Of a stretch of DNA of 64,000 nucleotides, positions 1 through 17,400 are shown one piece after another. Source of the DNA: Eledone cirrhosa (Eukaryota); contig CAXHJY010000105.1 of NCBI GenBank assembly GCA_964016885.1, positions 372,001 through 436,000 on the forward strand, in the 5' to 3' direction. Position numbers and translations under genes: made by a program. Positions within the stretch are counted from its first letter, which is position 1. Every line of letters begins with the position of its first letter. The notes beneath the pieces were generated by a model. It saw only the letters and a list, made by a program, of their open reading frames with translations, did not search any database and was not told where the DNA came from.

Positions 1-1029
1 CATAAGGATACAGAACCCTTGACCTAACATAAGGATACAGAACACTTGACCTAAATATAATGATACAGAACCCTTGACCTAACATAAGGAAACAGAAGAC
101 TTGACCTTACATAAGGATACAGAACACTTGACCTAACATAAGGATACAGAACACTTGACCTTACATAAGGATACAGAACACTTGACCTAAATATAATGAT
201 ACAGAACCCTTGACCTAACATAAGGAAACAGAAGACTTGACCTTACATAAGGATACAGAACCCTTGACCTAACATAAGGATACAGAACACTTGACCTTAC
301 ATAAGGATACAGAACACTTGACCTAACATAAGGATACAGAACCCTTGACCTAACATAAGGATACAGAACCCTTGACCTAACATAAGGAAACAGAAGACTT
401 GACCTGACATAAGCATACAGAACCCTTGACCTAACATAAGGATACAGAAGACTTGACCTAACATAACCATACAGAACCCTTGACCTAACATAAGGATACA
501 GAACACATGACCTAACAAGGATACAGAATGCTTGACCTAACATAAGGATACAGAACACTTGACCTTACATAAGGATACAGAACACTTGACCTAGCATAAG
601 GATACAGAACACTTGACCTAACATAAGGATACAGAACCCTTGACCTAACATAAGGATACAGAACACTTGACCTTACATAAGGATACAGAACACTTGACCT
701 TACATAAGGATACAGAACACTTGACCTTACATAAGGATACAGAACACTTGACCTTACATAAGGATACAGAACCCTTGACCTAACATAAGGATACAGAACA
801 CTTGACCTAACAAGGATACAGAACACTTGACCTAACATAAGGATACAGAACACTTGACCTTACATAAGGATACAGAACCCTTGACCTAACATAAGGATAC
901 AGAACACTTGACCTAACATTAGGATACAGAACCCTTGACCTAACATAAGGATACAGAACACTTGACCTTACATAAGGATACAGAAGACTTGACCTAACAT
1001 AAGGATACAGAACACTTGACCTAACTTAA

Positions 1030-4000
1030 GGATACAGAACCCTTGACCTAACATAAGGATACAGAACACTTGACCTTACATAAGGATACAGAACACTTGA
1101 CCTAACATAAGGATACAGAACACTTGACCTTACATAAGGATACAGAACACTTGACCTTACATAAGGATACAGAACACTTGACCTAGCATAAGGATACAGA
1201 ACCCTTGACCTAACATAAGGATACAGAACACTTGACCTTACATAAGGATACAGAACACTTGACCTAACATAAGGATACAGAACACTTGACCTAACATAAG
1301 GATACAGAACACCTGACCTAACATAAGGATACAGAACACCTGACCTAACATAAGGAAACAGAACACTTGACCTAACAAGCATACAGAACACTTGACCTAA
1401 CATAAGGATACAGAACACTTGACCTAACATAAGGATACAGAACACCTGACCTAACATAAGGATACAGAACACTTGACCTAACAATGATACAGAACACTTG
1501 ACCTATCATAATGATACAGAACACTTGACCTAACATAAGGATACAGAACCCGTGACCTAACATAAGGTTACAGAACACCTGACCTAACATAAGGATACAG
1601 AACACATGACCTAACAAGGATACAGAATGCTTGCCCTAACATAAGGATACAGAACACTTGACCTAACATAAGGATACAGAACACTTGACCTAACATAAGG
1701 ATACAGAGCACTTGACCTTACATAAGGATACAGAACAGTTGACCTAACAAGCATACAGAACACTTGACCTAACATAAGGATACAGAACACTTGACCTAAC
1801 ATAAGGATACAGAACACCTGACCTAACATAAGGATACAGAACACTTGACCTAACAATGATACAGAACACTTGACGTAACATAATGATACAGAACACTTGA
1901 CCTAACATAAGGATACAGAACCCGTGACCTAACATAAGGTTACAGAACACCTGACCTAACATAAGGATACAGAACACTTGACCTAACATAAGGATACAGA
2001 ACACCTGACCTAACATAAGGATACAGAACACTTGACCTAACATAAGGATACAGAACACTTGACCCAATTTAAGGATACAGAACACTTGACCTAACGTAAG
2101 GATACAGAACCCTTGACCTAACATAAGGATACAGAACCCTTGACCTAACATAAGGATACAGAACCCTTGACCTAACATAAGGATACAGAACCCTTGACCT
2201 AACATAAGGATACAGAACCCTTGACTTAACATAAGGATACAGAACACTTGGCCTAACGTAAGGATACAGAACCCTTGACTTAACATAAGGATACAGAACA
2301 CCTGACCTAATGTAAGGATACAGAACACCTGACCTAAGATGGGGATACAGAAGACTTGACCTACCATAAGGATGCAGAACACCTGACCTAACATAATGAT
2401 TCAGAACATCTGATCTAACATAAGGATACAGAACACTTGACCTAACGTAAGGATACAGAACACTTGACCTAACATAAGGATGCAGAACACCTGACCTAAC
2501 ATAATGATTCAGAACACCTGATCTAACATAAGGATACAGAACACTTGACCTAACGTAAGGATACAGAACACTTGACCTAACATAAGGATACAGAACACTT
2601 GACCTAACATAAGCATACAGAACACTTGACCTAACATAAGGATGCAGAACACCTAACCTAACATAAGGATACAGAACACCTGATCTAACATAAGGATACA
2701 GAACACTTGACCTAACATAAGGATACAGAACCCTTGACCTAACAAGGATACAGAACACTTGACCTAACATAAGGATACAGAACCCTTGACCTAACATAAG
2801 GATACAGAACACTTGACCTAACATAAGGATACAGAACCCTTGACCTAACATAAGGATACAGAAACCTTGACCTAACATAAGGATACAGAACCCTTGATCT
2901 AACATAAGGATACAGAAGACTTGACCTAACATAACCATACAGAACCCTTGACCTAACATAAGGATACAGAACACATGACCTTAGAAGGATACAGAACGCT
3001 TGACCTAACATAAGGATACAGAACACTTGACCTAACATAAGGATACAGAACACTTGACCTAACATAAGGATACAGAACACTTGACCTAACATAAGTATAC
3101 AGAACACCTGACCTAACATAAGGATACAGAACACCTGACCTAACATAAGGATACAGAACACTTGACGTAACAAACATACAGAACACCTGACCTAACACAA
3201 GGACGTAGAACCCTTGACCTAACATAAGCATACAGAACACTTGACCTAACATAAGGATACAGAACACTTGACCTAACATAAGGATACAGAACACTTGACC
3301 TAACATAAGGATACAGAGCACTTGACCTTACATAAGGATACAGAACAGTTGACCTAACAAGCATACAGAACACTTGACCTAACATAAGGATACAGAACAC
3401 TTGACCTAACATAAGGATACAGAACACCTGACCTAACGTAAGGATACAGAACCCTTGACCTAACATAAGGATACAGAACCCTTGACCTAACATAAGGAAA
3501 CAGAAGACTTGACCTGACATAAGCATACAGAACCCTTGACCTAACATAAGGATACAGAAGACTTGACCTAACATAACCATACAGAACCCTTGACATAACA
3601 TAAGGATACAGAACACATGACCTAACAAGGATACAGAATGCTTGACCTAACATAAGGATACAGAACACTTGACCTTACATAAGGATACAGAACACTTGAC
3701 CTAACATAAGGATACAGAACCCTTGACCTAACATAAGGATACAGAACGCTTGACCTAAATATAATGATACAGAACCCTTGACCTAACATAAGGAAACAGA
3801 AGACTTGACCTTACATAAGGATACAGAACACTTGACCTAACATAAGGATACAGAACCCTTGACCTAACATAAGGATACAGAACACTTGACCTTACATAAT
3901 GATACAGAACACTTGACCTAACATAAGGATACAGAACCCTTGACCTAACATAAGGATACAGAACCCTTGACCTAACATAAGGAAACAGAAGACTTGACCT

Positions 4001-6700
4001 GACATAAGCATACAGAACCCTTGACCTAACATAAGGATACAGAAGACTTGACCTAACATAACCATACAGAACCCTTGACCTAACATAAGGATACAAAACA
4101 CATGACCTAACAAGGATACAGAATGCTTGACCTAACATAAGGATACAGAACACTTGACCTTACATAAGGATACAGAACACTTGACCTAGCATAAGGATAC
4201 AGAACACTTGACCTAACATAAGGATACAGAACCCTTGACCTAACATAAGGATACAGAACACTTGACCTTACATAAGGATACAGAACACTTGACCTTACAT
4301 AAGGATACAGAACACTTGACCTTACATAAGGATACAGAACACTTGACCTTACATAAGGATACAGAACCCTTGACCTAACATAAGGATACAGAACACTTGA
4401 CCTAACATAAGGATACAGAACCCTTGACCTAACATAAGGATACAGAACACTTGACCTAACATAAGGATACAGAACACTTGACCTTACATAAGGATACAGA
4501 ACACTTGACCTAGCATAAGGATACAGAACACTTGACCTAACATAAGGATACAGAACCCTTGACCTAACATAAGGATACAGAACAGTTGACCTAACATAAG
4601 GATACAGAACACTTGACCTTACATAAGGATACAGAACCCTTAACCTAACATAAGGATACAGAACACTTGACCTTACATAAGGATACAGAACACTTGACCT
4701 AACATAAGGATACAGAACACTTGACCTTACATAAGGATACAGAACCCTTGACCTAACATAAGGATACAGAACACTTGACCTAACATTAGGATACAGAACC
4801 CTTGACCTAACATAAGGATACAGAACACTTGACCTTACATAAGGATACAGAAGACTTGACCTAACATAAGGATACAGAACACTTGACCTAACATAAGGAT
4901 ACAGAACCCTTGACCTAACATAAGGATACAGAACACTTGACCTTACATAAGGATACAGAACACTTGACCTAACATAAGGATACAGAACACTTGACCTTAC
5001 ATAAGGATACAGAACACTTGACCTTACATAAGGATACAGAACACTTGACCTAGCATAAGGATACGGAACCCTTGACCTAACATAAGGATACAGAACACTT
5101 GACCTTACATAAGGATACAGAACATTTGACCTAACATAAGGATACAGAACACTTGACCTAACATAAGGATACAGAACACCTGACCTAACATAAGGATACA
5201 GAACACCTGACCTAACATAAGGAAACAGAACACTTGACCTAACAAGCATACAGAACACTTGACCTAACATAAGGATACAGAACACTTGACCTAACATAAG
5301 GATACAGAACACCTGACCTAACATAAGGATACAGAACACTTGACCTAACAATGATACAGAACACTTGACCTATCATAATGATACAGAACACTTGACCTAA
5401 CATAAGGATACAGAACCCGTGACCTAACATAAGGTTACAGAACACCTGACCTAACATAAGGATACAGAACACATGACCTAACAAGGATACAGAATGCTTG
5501 CCCTAACATAAGGATACAGAACACTTGACCTAACATAAGGATACAGAACACTTGACCTAACATAAGGATACAGAGCACTTGACCTTACATAAGGATACAG
5601 AACAGTTGACCTAACAAGCATACAGAACACTTGACCTAACATAAGGATACAGAACACTTGACCTAACATAAGGATACAGAACACCTGACCTAACATAAGG
5701 ATACAGAACACTTGACCTAACAATGATACAGAACACTTGACGTAACATAATGATACAGAACACTTGACCTAACATAAGGATACAGAACCTGTGACCTAAC
5801 ATAAGGTTACAGAACACCTGACCTAACATAAGGATACAGAACACTTGACCTAACATAAGGATACAGAACACCTGACCTAACATAAGGATACAGAACACTT
5901 GACCTAACATAAGGATACAGAACACATGACCCAATTTAAGGATACAGAACACTTGACCTAACGTAAGGATACAGAACCCTTGACCTAACATAAGGATACA
6001 GAACCCTTGACCTAACATAAGGATACAGAACCCTTGACCTAACATAAGGATACAGAACCCTTGACCTAACATAAGGATACAGAACCCTTGACTTAACATA
6101 AGGATACAGAACACTTGGCCTAACGTAAGGATACAGAACCCTTGACTTAACATAAGGATACAGAACACCTGACCTAATGTAAGGATACAGAACACCTGAC
6201 CTAAGATGGGGATACAGAAGACTTGACCTACCATAAGGATGCAGAACACCTGACCTAACATAATGATTCAGAACACCTGATCTAACATAAGGATATAGAA
6301 CACTTGACCTAACGTAAGGATACAGAACACTTGACCTAACATAAGGATGCAGAACACCTGACCTAACATAATGATTCAGAACACCTGATCTAACATAAGG
6401 ATACAGAACACTTGACCTAACGTAAGGATACAGAACACTTGACCTAACATAAGGATACAGAACACTTGACCTAACATAAGCATACAGAACACTTGACCTA
6501 ACATAAGGATGCAGAACACCTAACCTAACATAAGGATACAGAACACCTGATCTAACATAAGGATACAGAACACTTGACCTAACAAAAGGATACAGAACCC
6601 TTGACCTAACAAGGATACAGAACACTTGATCTAACATAAGGATACAGAACCCTTGACCTAACATAAGGATACAGAACACTTGACCTAACATAAGGATACA
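1030..6700. repeat. Higher-order duplication, offset 3867 bp (about 1030-2700 vs about 4900-6570)
   Basis: Rare markers pair at exactly 3867 bp: GACCCAATTTAAGG at 2061/5928 and GACCTAAGATGGGG at 2331/6198. ORF pairs 1372/5239, 1611/5478 and 1744/5611 share the same offset. Confidence 0.9.
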
Positions 6701-8006
6701 GAACCCTTGATCTAACATAAGGATACAGAAGACTTGACCTAACATAACCATACAGAACGCTTGACCTAACATAAGGATACAGAACACTTGACCTAACATA
6801 AGGATACAGAACACTTGACCTAACATAAGGATACAGAACACTTGACCTAACATAAGTATACAGAACACCTGACCTAACATAAGGATACAGAACACCTGAC
6901 CTAACATAAGGATACAGAACACTTGACCTAACAAACATACAGAACACCTGACCTAACATAAGGACGTAGAACCCTTGAACTAACATAAGGATACAGAACA
7001 CTTGACCTAACATAAGGATACAGAACACTTGACCTAACATAAGGATACAGAACAATTGACCTAACATAAGGATACAGAACACTTGACCTAACATAAGGAT
7101 ACAGAACACCTGACCTAACATAAGGATACAGAACACTTGACCTAACATAATGATACAGAACCCGTGACCTAACATAAGGTTACAGTACACCTGACCTAAC
7201 ATAAGGATACAGAACACTTGACCTAACATAAGGATACAGAACACTTGACCTAACATAAGGATACCGAACCCTTGACCTAACATAAGGATACAGAACCCTT
7301 GACCTAACATAAGGAAACAGAAGACTTGACCTGACATAAGGAAACAGAAGACTTGACCTGACATAACGATACAGAACACCTGACCTAACATAAGGATACA
7401 GAACACCTGACCTAACATAAGGGTACAGAACACTTGACCTAACGTAAGGATACAGAACCCTTGAACTAACATAAGGATACAGAACACTTGACCTAACGTA
7501 AGGATACAGAACCCTTGACCTAACATAAGGATACAGAACCCTTGACCTAACATAAGGATACAGAACACTTGACCTTACATAAGGATACAGAACACTTGAC
7601 CTAACATAAGGATACAGAACCCTTGACCTAACATAAGGATACAGAACACTTGACCTAAATATAATGATACAGAACCCTTGACCTAACATAAGGAAACAGA
7701 AGACTTGACCTTACATAAGGATACAGAACACTTGACCTAACATAAGGATACAGAACCCTTGACCTAACATAAGGATACAGAACACTTGACCTTACATAAG
7801 GATACAGAACACTTGACCTAACATAAGGATACAGAACCCTTGACCTAACATAAGGATACAGAACCCTTGACCTAACATAAGGAAACAGAAGACTTGACCT
7901 GACATAAGCATACAGAACCCTTGACCTAACATAAGGATACAGAAGACTTGACCTAACATAACCATACAGAACCCTTGACCTAACATAAGGATACAGAACA
8001 CATGAC

Positions 8007-11000
8007 CTAACAAGGATACAGAATGCTTGACCTAACATAAGGATACAGAACACTTGACCTTACATAAGGATACAGAACACTTGACCTAGCATAAGGATAC
8101 AGAACACTTGACCTAACATAAGGATACAGAACCCTTGACCTAACATAAGGATACAGAACACTTGACCTTACATAAGGATACAGAACACTTGACCTCACAT
8201 AAGGATACAGAACACTTGACCTTACATAAGGATACAGAACACTTGACCTTACATAAGGATACAGAACCCTTGACCTAACATAAGGATACAGAACACTTGA
8301 CCTAACATAAGGATACAGAACACTTGACCTAACATAAGGATACAGAACACTTGACCTTACATAAGGATACAGAACACTTGACCTAGCATAAGGATACAGA
8401 ACACTTGACCTAACATAAGGATACAGAACCCTTGACCTAACATAAGGATACAGAACAGTTGACCTAACATAAGGATACAGAACACTTGACCTTACATAAG
8501 GATACAGAACCCTTAACCTAACATAAGGATACAGAACACTTGACCTTACATAAGGATACAGAACACTTGACCTAACATAAGGATACAGAACACTTGACCT
8601 AACATTAGAATACAGAACCCTTGACCTAACATAAGGATACAGAACACTTGACCTTACATAAGGATACAGAAGACTTGACCTAACATAAGGATACAGAACA
8701 CTTGACCTAACATAAGGATACAGAACCCTTGACCTAACATAAGGATACAGAACACTTGACCTTACATAAGGATACAGAACACTTGACCTAACATAAGGAT
8801 ACAGAACACTTGACCTTACATAAGGATACAGAACACTTGACCTTACATAAGGATACAGAACACTTGACCTAGCATAAGGATACAGAACCCTTGACCTAAC
8901 ATAAGGATACAGAACACTTGACCTTACATAAGGATACAGAACACTTGACCTAACATAAGGATACAGAACACTTGACCTAACATAAGGATACAGAACACCT
9001 GACCTAACATAAGGATACAGAACACCTGACCTAACATAAGGAAACAGAACACTTGACCTAACAAGCATACAGAACACTTGACCTAACATAAGGATACAGA
9101 ACACTTGACCTAACATAAGGATACAGAACACTTGACCTAACAATGATAGAGAACACTTGACCTATCATAATGATACAGAACACTTGACCTAACATAAGGA
9201 TACAGAATCCCTGACCTAACATAAGGTTACAGAACACCTGACCTAACATAAGGATACAGAACACTTGACCTAACATAAGGATACAGAACACTTGACCTAA
9301 CGTAAGGATACAGAACACTTGACCTAACATAAGGATACAGAACACTTGACCTAATATAATGATACAGAACACTTGACCTAACATAATGATACAGAACCCG
9401 TGACCTAACATAAGGTTACAGTACACCTGACCTAACATAAGGATACAGAACACTTGACCTAACATAAGGATACAGAACACTTGACCTAACATAAGGATAC
9501 CGAACCCTTGACCTAACAAAAGGATACAGAACCCTTGACCTAACATAAGGATACAGAACCCTTGACCTAACATAAGGAAACAGAAGACTTGACCTGACAT
9601 AAGCATACAGAACCCTTGACCTAACATAAGGATACAGAAGACTTGACCTAACATAACCATACAGAACCCTTGACATAACATAAGGATACAGAACACATGA
9701 CCTAACAAGGATACAGAATGCTTGACCTAACATAAGGATACAGAACACTTGACCTTACATAAGGATACAGAACACTTGACCTAACATAAGGATACAGAAC
9801 CCTTGACCTAACATAAGGAAACACAAGACTTGACCTTACATAAGGATACAGAACACTTGACCTAACATAAGGATACAGAACCCTTGACCTAACATAAGGA
9901 TACAGAACACTTGACCTTACATAAGGATACAGAACACTTGACCTAACATAAGGATACAGAACCCTTGACCTAACATAAGGATACAGAACCCTTGACCTAA
10001 CATAAGGAAACAGAAGACTTGACCTGACATAAGCATACAGAACCCTTGACCTAACATAAGGATACAGAAGACTTGACCTAACATAACCATACAGAACCCT
10101 TGACCTAACATAAGGATACAGAACACATGACCTAACAAGGATACAGAATGCTTGACCTAACATAAGGATACAGAACACTTGACCTTACATAAGGATACAG
10201 AACACTTGACCTAGCATAAGGATACAGAACACTTGACCTAACATAAGGATACAGAACCCTTGACCTAACATAAGGATACAGAACACTTGACCTTACATAA
10301 GGATACAGAACACTTGACCTCACATAAGGATACAGAACACTTGACCTTACATAAGGATACAGAACACTTGACCTTACATAAGGATACAGAACCCTTGACC
10401 TAACATAAGGATACAGAACACTTGACCTAACATAAGGATACAGAACACTTGACCTAACATAAGGATACAGAACACTTGACCTTACATAAGGATACAGAAC
10501 ACTTGACCTAGCATAAGGATACAGAACACTTGACCTAACATAAGGATACAGAACCCTTGACCTAACATAAGGATACAGAACAGTTGACCTAACATAAGGA
10601 TACAGAACACTTGACCTTACATAAGGATACAGAACCCTTAACCTAACATAAGGATACAGAACACTTGACCTTACATAAGGATACAGAACACTTGACCTAA
10701 CATAAGGATACAGAACACTTGACCTTACATAAGGATACAGAACCCTTGACCTAACATAAGGATACAGAACACTTGACCTAACATTAGAATACAGAACCCT
10801 TGACCTAACATAAGGATACAGAACACTTGACCTTACATAAGGATACAGAAGACTTGACCTAACATAAGGATACAGAACACTTGACCTAACATAAGGATAC
10901 AGAACCCTTGACCTAACATAAGGATACAGAACACTTGACCTTACATAAGGATACAGAACACTTGACCTAACATAATGATACAGAACACTTGACCTTACAT

Positions 11001-11940
11001 AAGGATACAGAACACTTGACCTTACATAAGGATACAGAACACTTGACCTAGCATAAGGATACAGAACCCTTGACCTAACATAAGGATACAGAACACTTGA
11101 CCTTACATAAGGATACAGAACACTTGACCTAACATAAGGATACAGAACACTTGACCTAACATAAGGATACAGAACACCTGACCTAACATAAGGATACAGA
11201 ACACCTGACCTAACAAGGAAACAGAACACTTGACCTAACAAGCATACAGAACACTTGACCTAACATAAGGATACAGAACACTTGACCTAACATAAGGATA
11301 CAGAACACTTGACCTAACAATGATACAGAACACTTGACCTATCATAATGATACAGAACACTTGACCTAACATAAGGATACAGAATCCGTGACCTAACATA
11401 AGGTTACAGAACACCTGACCTAACATAAGGATACAGAACACTTGACCTAACATAAGGATACAGAACACTTGACCTAACGTAAGGATACAGAACACTTGAC
11501 CTAACATAAGGATACAGAACACTTGACCTAACATAATGATACAGAACACTTGACCTAACATAATGATACAGAACCCGTGACCTAACATAAGGTTACAGTA
11601 CACCTGACCTAACATAAGGATACAGAACACTTGACCTAACATAAGGATACAGAACACTTGACCTAACATAAGGATACCGAACCCTTGACCTAACATAAGG
11701 ATACAGAACCCTTGACCTAACATAAGGATACAGAACCCTTGACCTAACATAAGGAAACAGAAGACTTGACCTGACATAAGCATACAGAACCCTTGACCTA
11801 ACATAAGGATACAGAAGACTTGACCTAACATAACCATACAGAACCCTTGACATAACATAAGGATACAGAACACATGACCTAACAAGGATACAGAATGCTT
11901 GACCTAACATAAGGATACAGAACACCTGACCTTACATAAG
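8007..11940. repeat. Higher-order duplication, offset about 2125-2177 bp (about 8007-9760 vs about 10132-11940)
   Basis: ORF pairs 9058..9708/11235..11885 and 9416..9748/11593..11925 are offset 2177; 8007/10132 are offset 2125. Both copies share the markers CATTAGAATAC, CCCTTAACC and GGTTACAGTACACCTG. Confidence 0.88.
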
Positions 11941-12011
11941 GATACAGAACACTTGACCTAACATAAGGATACAGAACCCTTGACCTAACATAAGGATACA
12001 GAACACTTGAC

Positions 12012-15000
12012 CTAAATATAATGATACAGAACCCTTGACCTAACATAAGGAAACAGAAGACTTGACCTTACATAAGGATACAGAACACTTGACCTAACAT
12101 AAGGATACAGAACCCTTGACCTAACATAAGGATACAGAACACTTGACCTTACATAAGGATACAGAACACTTGACCTAACATAAGGATACAGAACCCTTGA
12201 CCTAACATAAGGATACAGAACCCTTGACCTAACATAAGGAAACAGAAGACTTGACCTGACATAAGCATACAGAACCCTTGACCTAACATAAGGATACAGA
12301 AGACTTGACCTAACATAACCATACAGAACCCTTGACCTAACATAAGGATACAGAACACATGACCTAACAAGGATACAGAATGCTTGACCTAACATAAGGA
12401 TACAGAACACTTGACCTTACATAAGGATACAGAACACTTGACCTAGCATAAGGATACAGAACCCTTGACCTAACATAAGGATACAGAACCCTTGACCTAA
12501 CATAAGGATACAGAACACTTGACCTTACATAAGGATACAGAACACTTGACCTCACATAAGGATACAGAACACTTGACCTTACATAAGGATACAGAACACT
12601 TGACCTTACATAAGGATACAGAACCCTTGACCTAACATAAGGATACAGAACACTTGACCTAACATAAGGATACAGAACACTTGACCTAACATAAGGATAC
12701 AGAACACTTGACCTTACATAAGGATACAGAACACTTGACCTAGCATAAGGATACAGAACACTTGACCTAACATAAGGATACAGAACCCTTGACCTAACAT
12801 AAGGATACAGAACAGTTGACCTAACATAAGGATACAGAACACTTGACCTTACATAAGGATACAGAACCCTTAACCTAACATAAGGATACAGAACACTTGA
12901 CCTTACATAAGGATACAGAACACTTGACCTAACATTAGAATACAGAACCCTTGACCTAACATAAGGATACAGAACACTTGACCTTACATAAGGATACAGA
13001 AGACTTGACCTAACATAAGGATACAGAACACTTGACCTAACATAAGGATACAGAACCCTTGACCTAACATAAGGATACAGAACACTTGACCTTACATAAG
13101 GATACAGAACACTTGACCTAACATAAGGATACAGAACACTTGACCTTACATAAGGATACAGAACACTTGACCTAGCATAAGGATACAGAACCCTTGACCT
13201 AACATAAGGATACAGAACACTTGACCTTACATAAGGATACAGAACACTTGACCTAACATAAGGATACAGAACACTTGACCTAACATAAGGATACAGAACA
13301 CCTGACCTAACATAAGGATACAGAACACCTGACCTAACATAAGGAAACAGAACACTTGACCTAACAAGCATACAGAACACTTGACCTAACATAAGGATAC
13401 AGAACACTTGACCTAACATAAGGATACAGAACACTTGACCTAACAATGATACAGAACACTTGACCTATCATAATGATACAGAACACTTGACCTAACATAA
13501 GGATACAGAATCCGTGACCTAACATAAGGTTACAGAACACCTGACCTAACATAAGGATACAGAACATATGACCTAACAAGGATACAGAATGCTTGCCCTA
13601 ACATAAGGATACAGAACACTTGACCTAACATAAGGATACAGAACACTTGACCTAACATAAGGATACAGAGCACTTGACCTTACATAAGGATACAGAACAG
13701 TTGACCTAACAAGCATACAGAACACTTGACCTAACATAAGGATACAGAACACTTGACCTAACATAAGGATACAGAACACCTGACCTAACATAAGGATACA
13801 GAACACTTGACCTAACAATGATACAGAACACTTGACGTAACATAATGATACAGAACACTTGACCTAACATAAGGATACAGAACCCGTGACCTAACATAAG
13901 GTTACAGAACACCTGACCTAACATAAGGATACAGAACACTTGACCTAACATAAGGATACAGAACACCTGACCTAACATAAGGATACAGAACACTTGACCT
14001 AACATAAGGATACAGAACACTTGACCCAATTTAAGGATACAGAACACTTGACCTAACGTAAGGATACAGAACCCTTGACCTAACATAAGGATACAGAACC
14101 CTTGACCTAACATAAGGATACAGAACCCTTGACCTAACAAGGATACAGAACCCTTGACCTAACATAAGGATACAGAACCCTTGACTTAACATAAGGATAC
14201 AGAACACTTGGCCTAACGTAAGGATACAGAACCCTTGACTTAACGTAAGGATACAGAACACCTGACCTAATGTAAGGATACAGAACACCTGACCTAAGAT
14301 GGGGATACAGAACACTTGACCTACCATAAGGATGCAGAACACCTGACCTAACATAATGATTCAGAACACCTGATCTAACATAAGGATACAGAACACTTGA
14401 CCTAACGTAAGGATACAGAACACTTGACCTAACAAGGATACAGAACACTTGACCTAACATAAGGATACAGAACACTTGACCTAACATAAGGATACAGAAC
14501 CCTTGACCTAACATAAGGATACAGAACACTTGACCTTACATAAGGATACAGAACACTTGACCTTACATAAGGATACAGAACACTTGACCTTACATAAGGA
14601 TACAGAACACTTGACCTTACATAAGGATACAGAACCCTTGACCTAACATAAGGATACAGAACACTTGACCTAAATATAATGATACAGAACCCTTGACCTA
14701 ACATAAGGAAACAGAAGACTTGACCTTACATAAGGATACAGAACACTTGACCTAACATAAGGATACAGAACCCTTGACCTAACATAAGGATACAGAACAC
14801 TTGACCTTACATAAGGATACAGAACACTTGACCTAACATAAGGATACAGAACCCTTGACCTAACATAAGGATACAGAACCCTTGACCTAACATAAGGAAA
14901 CAGAAGACTTGACCTGACATAAGCATACAGAACCCTTGACCTAACATAAGGATACAGAAGACTTGACCTAACATAACCATACAGAACCCTTGACCTAACA

Positions 15001-17400
15001 TAAGGATACAGAACACATGACCTAACAAGGATACAGAATGCTTGACCTAACATAAGGATACAGAACACTTGACCTTACATAAGGATACAGAACACTTGAC
15101 CTAGCATAAGGATACAGAACACTTGACCTAACATAAGGATACAGAACCCTTGACCTAACATAAGGATACAGAACACTTGACCTTACATAAGGATACAGAA
15201 CACTTGACCTCACATAAGGATACAGAACACTTGACCTTACATAAGGATACAGAACACTTGACCTTACATAAGGATACAGAACCCTTGACCTAACATAAGG
15301 ATACAGAACACTTGACCTAACATAAGGATACAGAACACTTGACCTTACATAAGGATACAGAACACTTGACCTAGCATAAGGATACAGAACACTTGACCTA
15401 ACATAAGGATACAGAACCCTTGACCTAACATAAGGATACAGAACACTTGACCTTACATAAGGATACAGAACACTTGACCTCACATAAGGATACAGAACAC
15501 TTGACCTTACATAAGGATACAGAACACTTGACCTTACATAAGGATACAGAACCCTTGACCTAACATAAGGATACAGAACACTTGACCTAACATAAGGATA
15601 CAGAACACTTGACCTTACATAAGGATACAGAACACTTGACCTAGCATAAGGATACAGAACACTTGACCTAACATAAGGATACAGAACCCTTGACCTAACA
15701 TAAGGATACAGAACAGTTGACCTAACATAAGGATACAGAACACTTGACCTTACATAAGGATACAGAACCCTTAACCTAACATAAGGATACAGAACACTTG
15801 ACCTTACATAAGGATACAGAACACTTGACCTAACATAAGGATACAGAACACTTGACCTTACATAAGGATACAGAACCCTTGACCTAACATAAGGATACAG
15901 AACACTTGACCTAACATTAGAATACAGAACCCTTGACCTAACATAAGGATACAGAACACTTGACCTTACATAAGGATACAGAAGACTTGACCTAACATAA
16001 GGATACAGAACACTTGACCTAACATAAGGATACAGAACCCTTGACCTAACATAAGGATACAGAACACTTGACCTTACATAAGGATACAGAACACTTGACC
16101 TAACATAAGGATACAGAACACTTGACCTAGCATAAGGATACAGAACCCTTGACCTAACATAAGGATACAGAACCCTTGACCTAACAGAAGGATACAGAAC
16201 ACTTGACCTTACATAAGGATACAGAACACTTGACCTAACATAAGGATACAGAACACTTGACCTAACATAAGGATACAGAACACCTGACCTAACATAAGGA
16301 TACAGAACACCTGACCTAACATAAGGAAACAGAACACTTGACCTAACATAAGGATACAGAACACTTGACCTAACATAAGGATACAGAACACTTGACCTAA
16401 CAATGATACAGAACACTTGACCTATCATAATGATACAGAACACTTGACCTAACATAAGGATACAGAATCCGTGACCTAACATAAGGTTACAGAACACCTG
16501 ACCTAACATAAGGATACAGAACATATGACCTAACAAGGATACAGAATGCTTGCCCTAACATAAGGATACAGAACACTTGACCTAACATAAGGATACAGAA
16601 CACTTGACCTAACATAAGGATACAGAGCACTTGACCTTACATAAGGATACAGAACAGTTGACCTAACAAGCATACAGAACACTTGACCTAACATAAGGAT
16701 ACAGAACACTTGACCTAACATAAGGATACAGAACACCTGACCTAACATAAGGATACAGAACACTTGACCTAACAATGATACAGAACACTTGACGTAACAT
16801 AATGATACAGAACACTTGACCTAACATAAGGATACAGAACCCGTGACCTAACATAAGGTTACAGAACACCTGACCTAACATAAGGATACAGAACACTTGA
16901 CCTAACATAAGGATACAGAACACCTGACCTAACATAAGGATACAGAACACTTGACCTAACATAAGGATACAGAACACTTGACCCAATTTAAGGATACAGA
17001 ACACTTGACCTAACGTAAGGATACAGAACCCTTGACCTAACGTAAGGATACAGAACCCTTGACCTAACATAAGGATACAGAACCCTTGACCTAACATAAG
17101 GATACAGAACCCTTGACCTAACAAGGATACAGAACCCTTGACCTAACATAAGGATACAGAACCCTTGACTTAACATAAGGATACAGAACACTTGGCCTAA
17201 CGTAAGGATACAGAACCCTTGACTTAACGTAAGGATACAGAACACCTGACCTAATGTAAGGATACAGAACACCTGACCTAAGATGGGGATACAGAACACT
17301 TGACCTACCATAAGGATGCAGAACACCTGACCTAACATAATGATTCAGAACACCTGATCTAACATAAGGATACAGAACACTTGACCTAACGTAAGGATAC
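12012..17400. repeat. Higher-order duplication, offset about 2660-2984 bp (about 12012-14400 vs about 14670-17400)
   Basis: ORF pairs 12012/14670 (2658) and 13573/16530 (2957). Markers GACCCAATTT at 14023/16980 (2957) and AAGATGGGG at 14291/17275 (2984). The offset drifts through monomer gain and loss. Confidence 0.88.
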
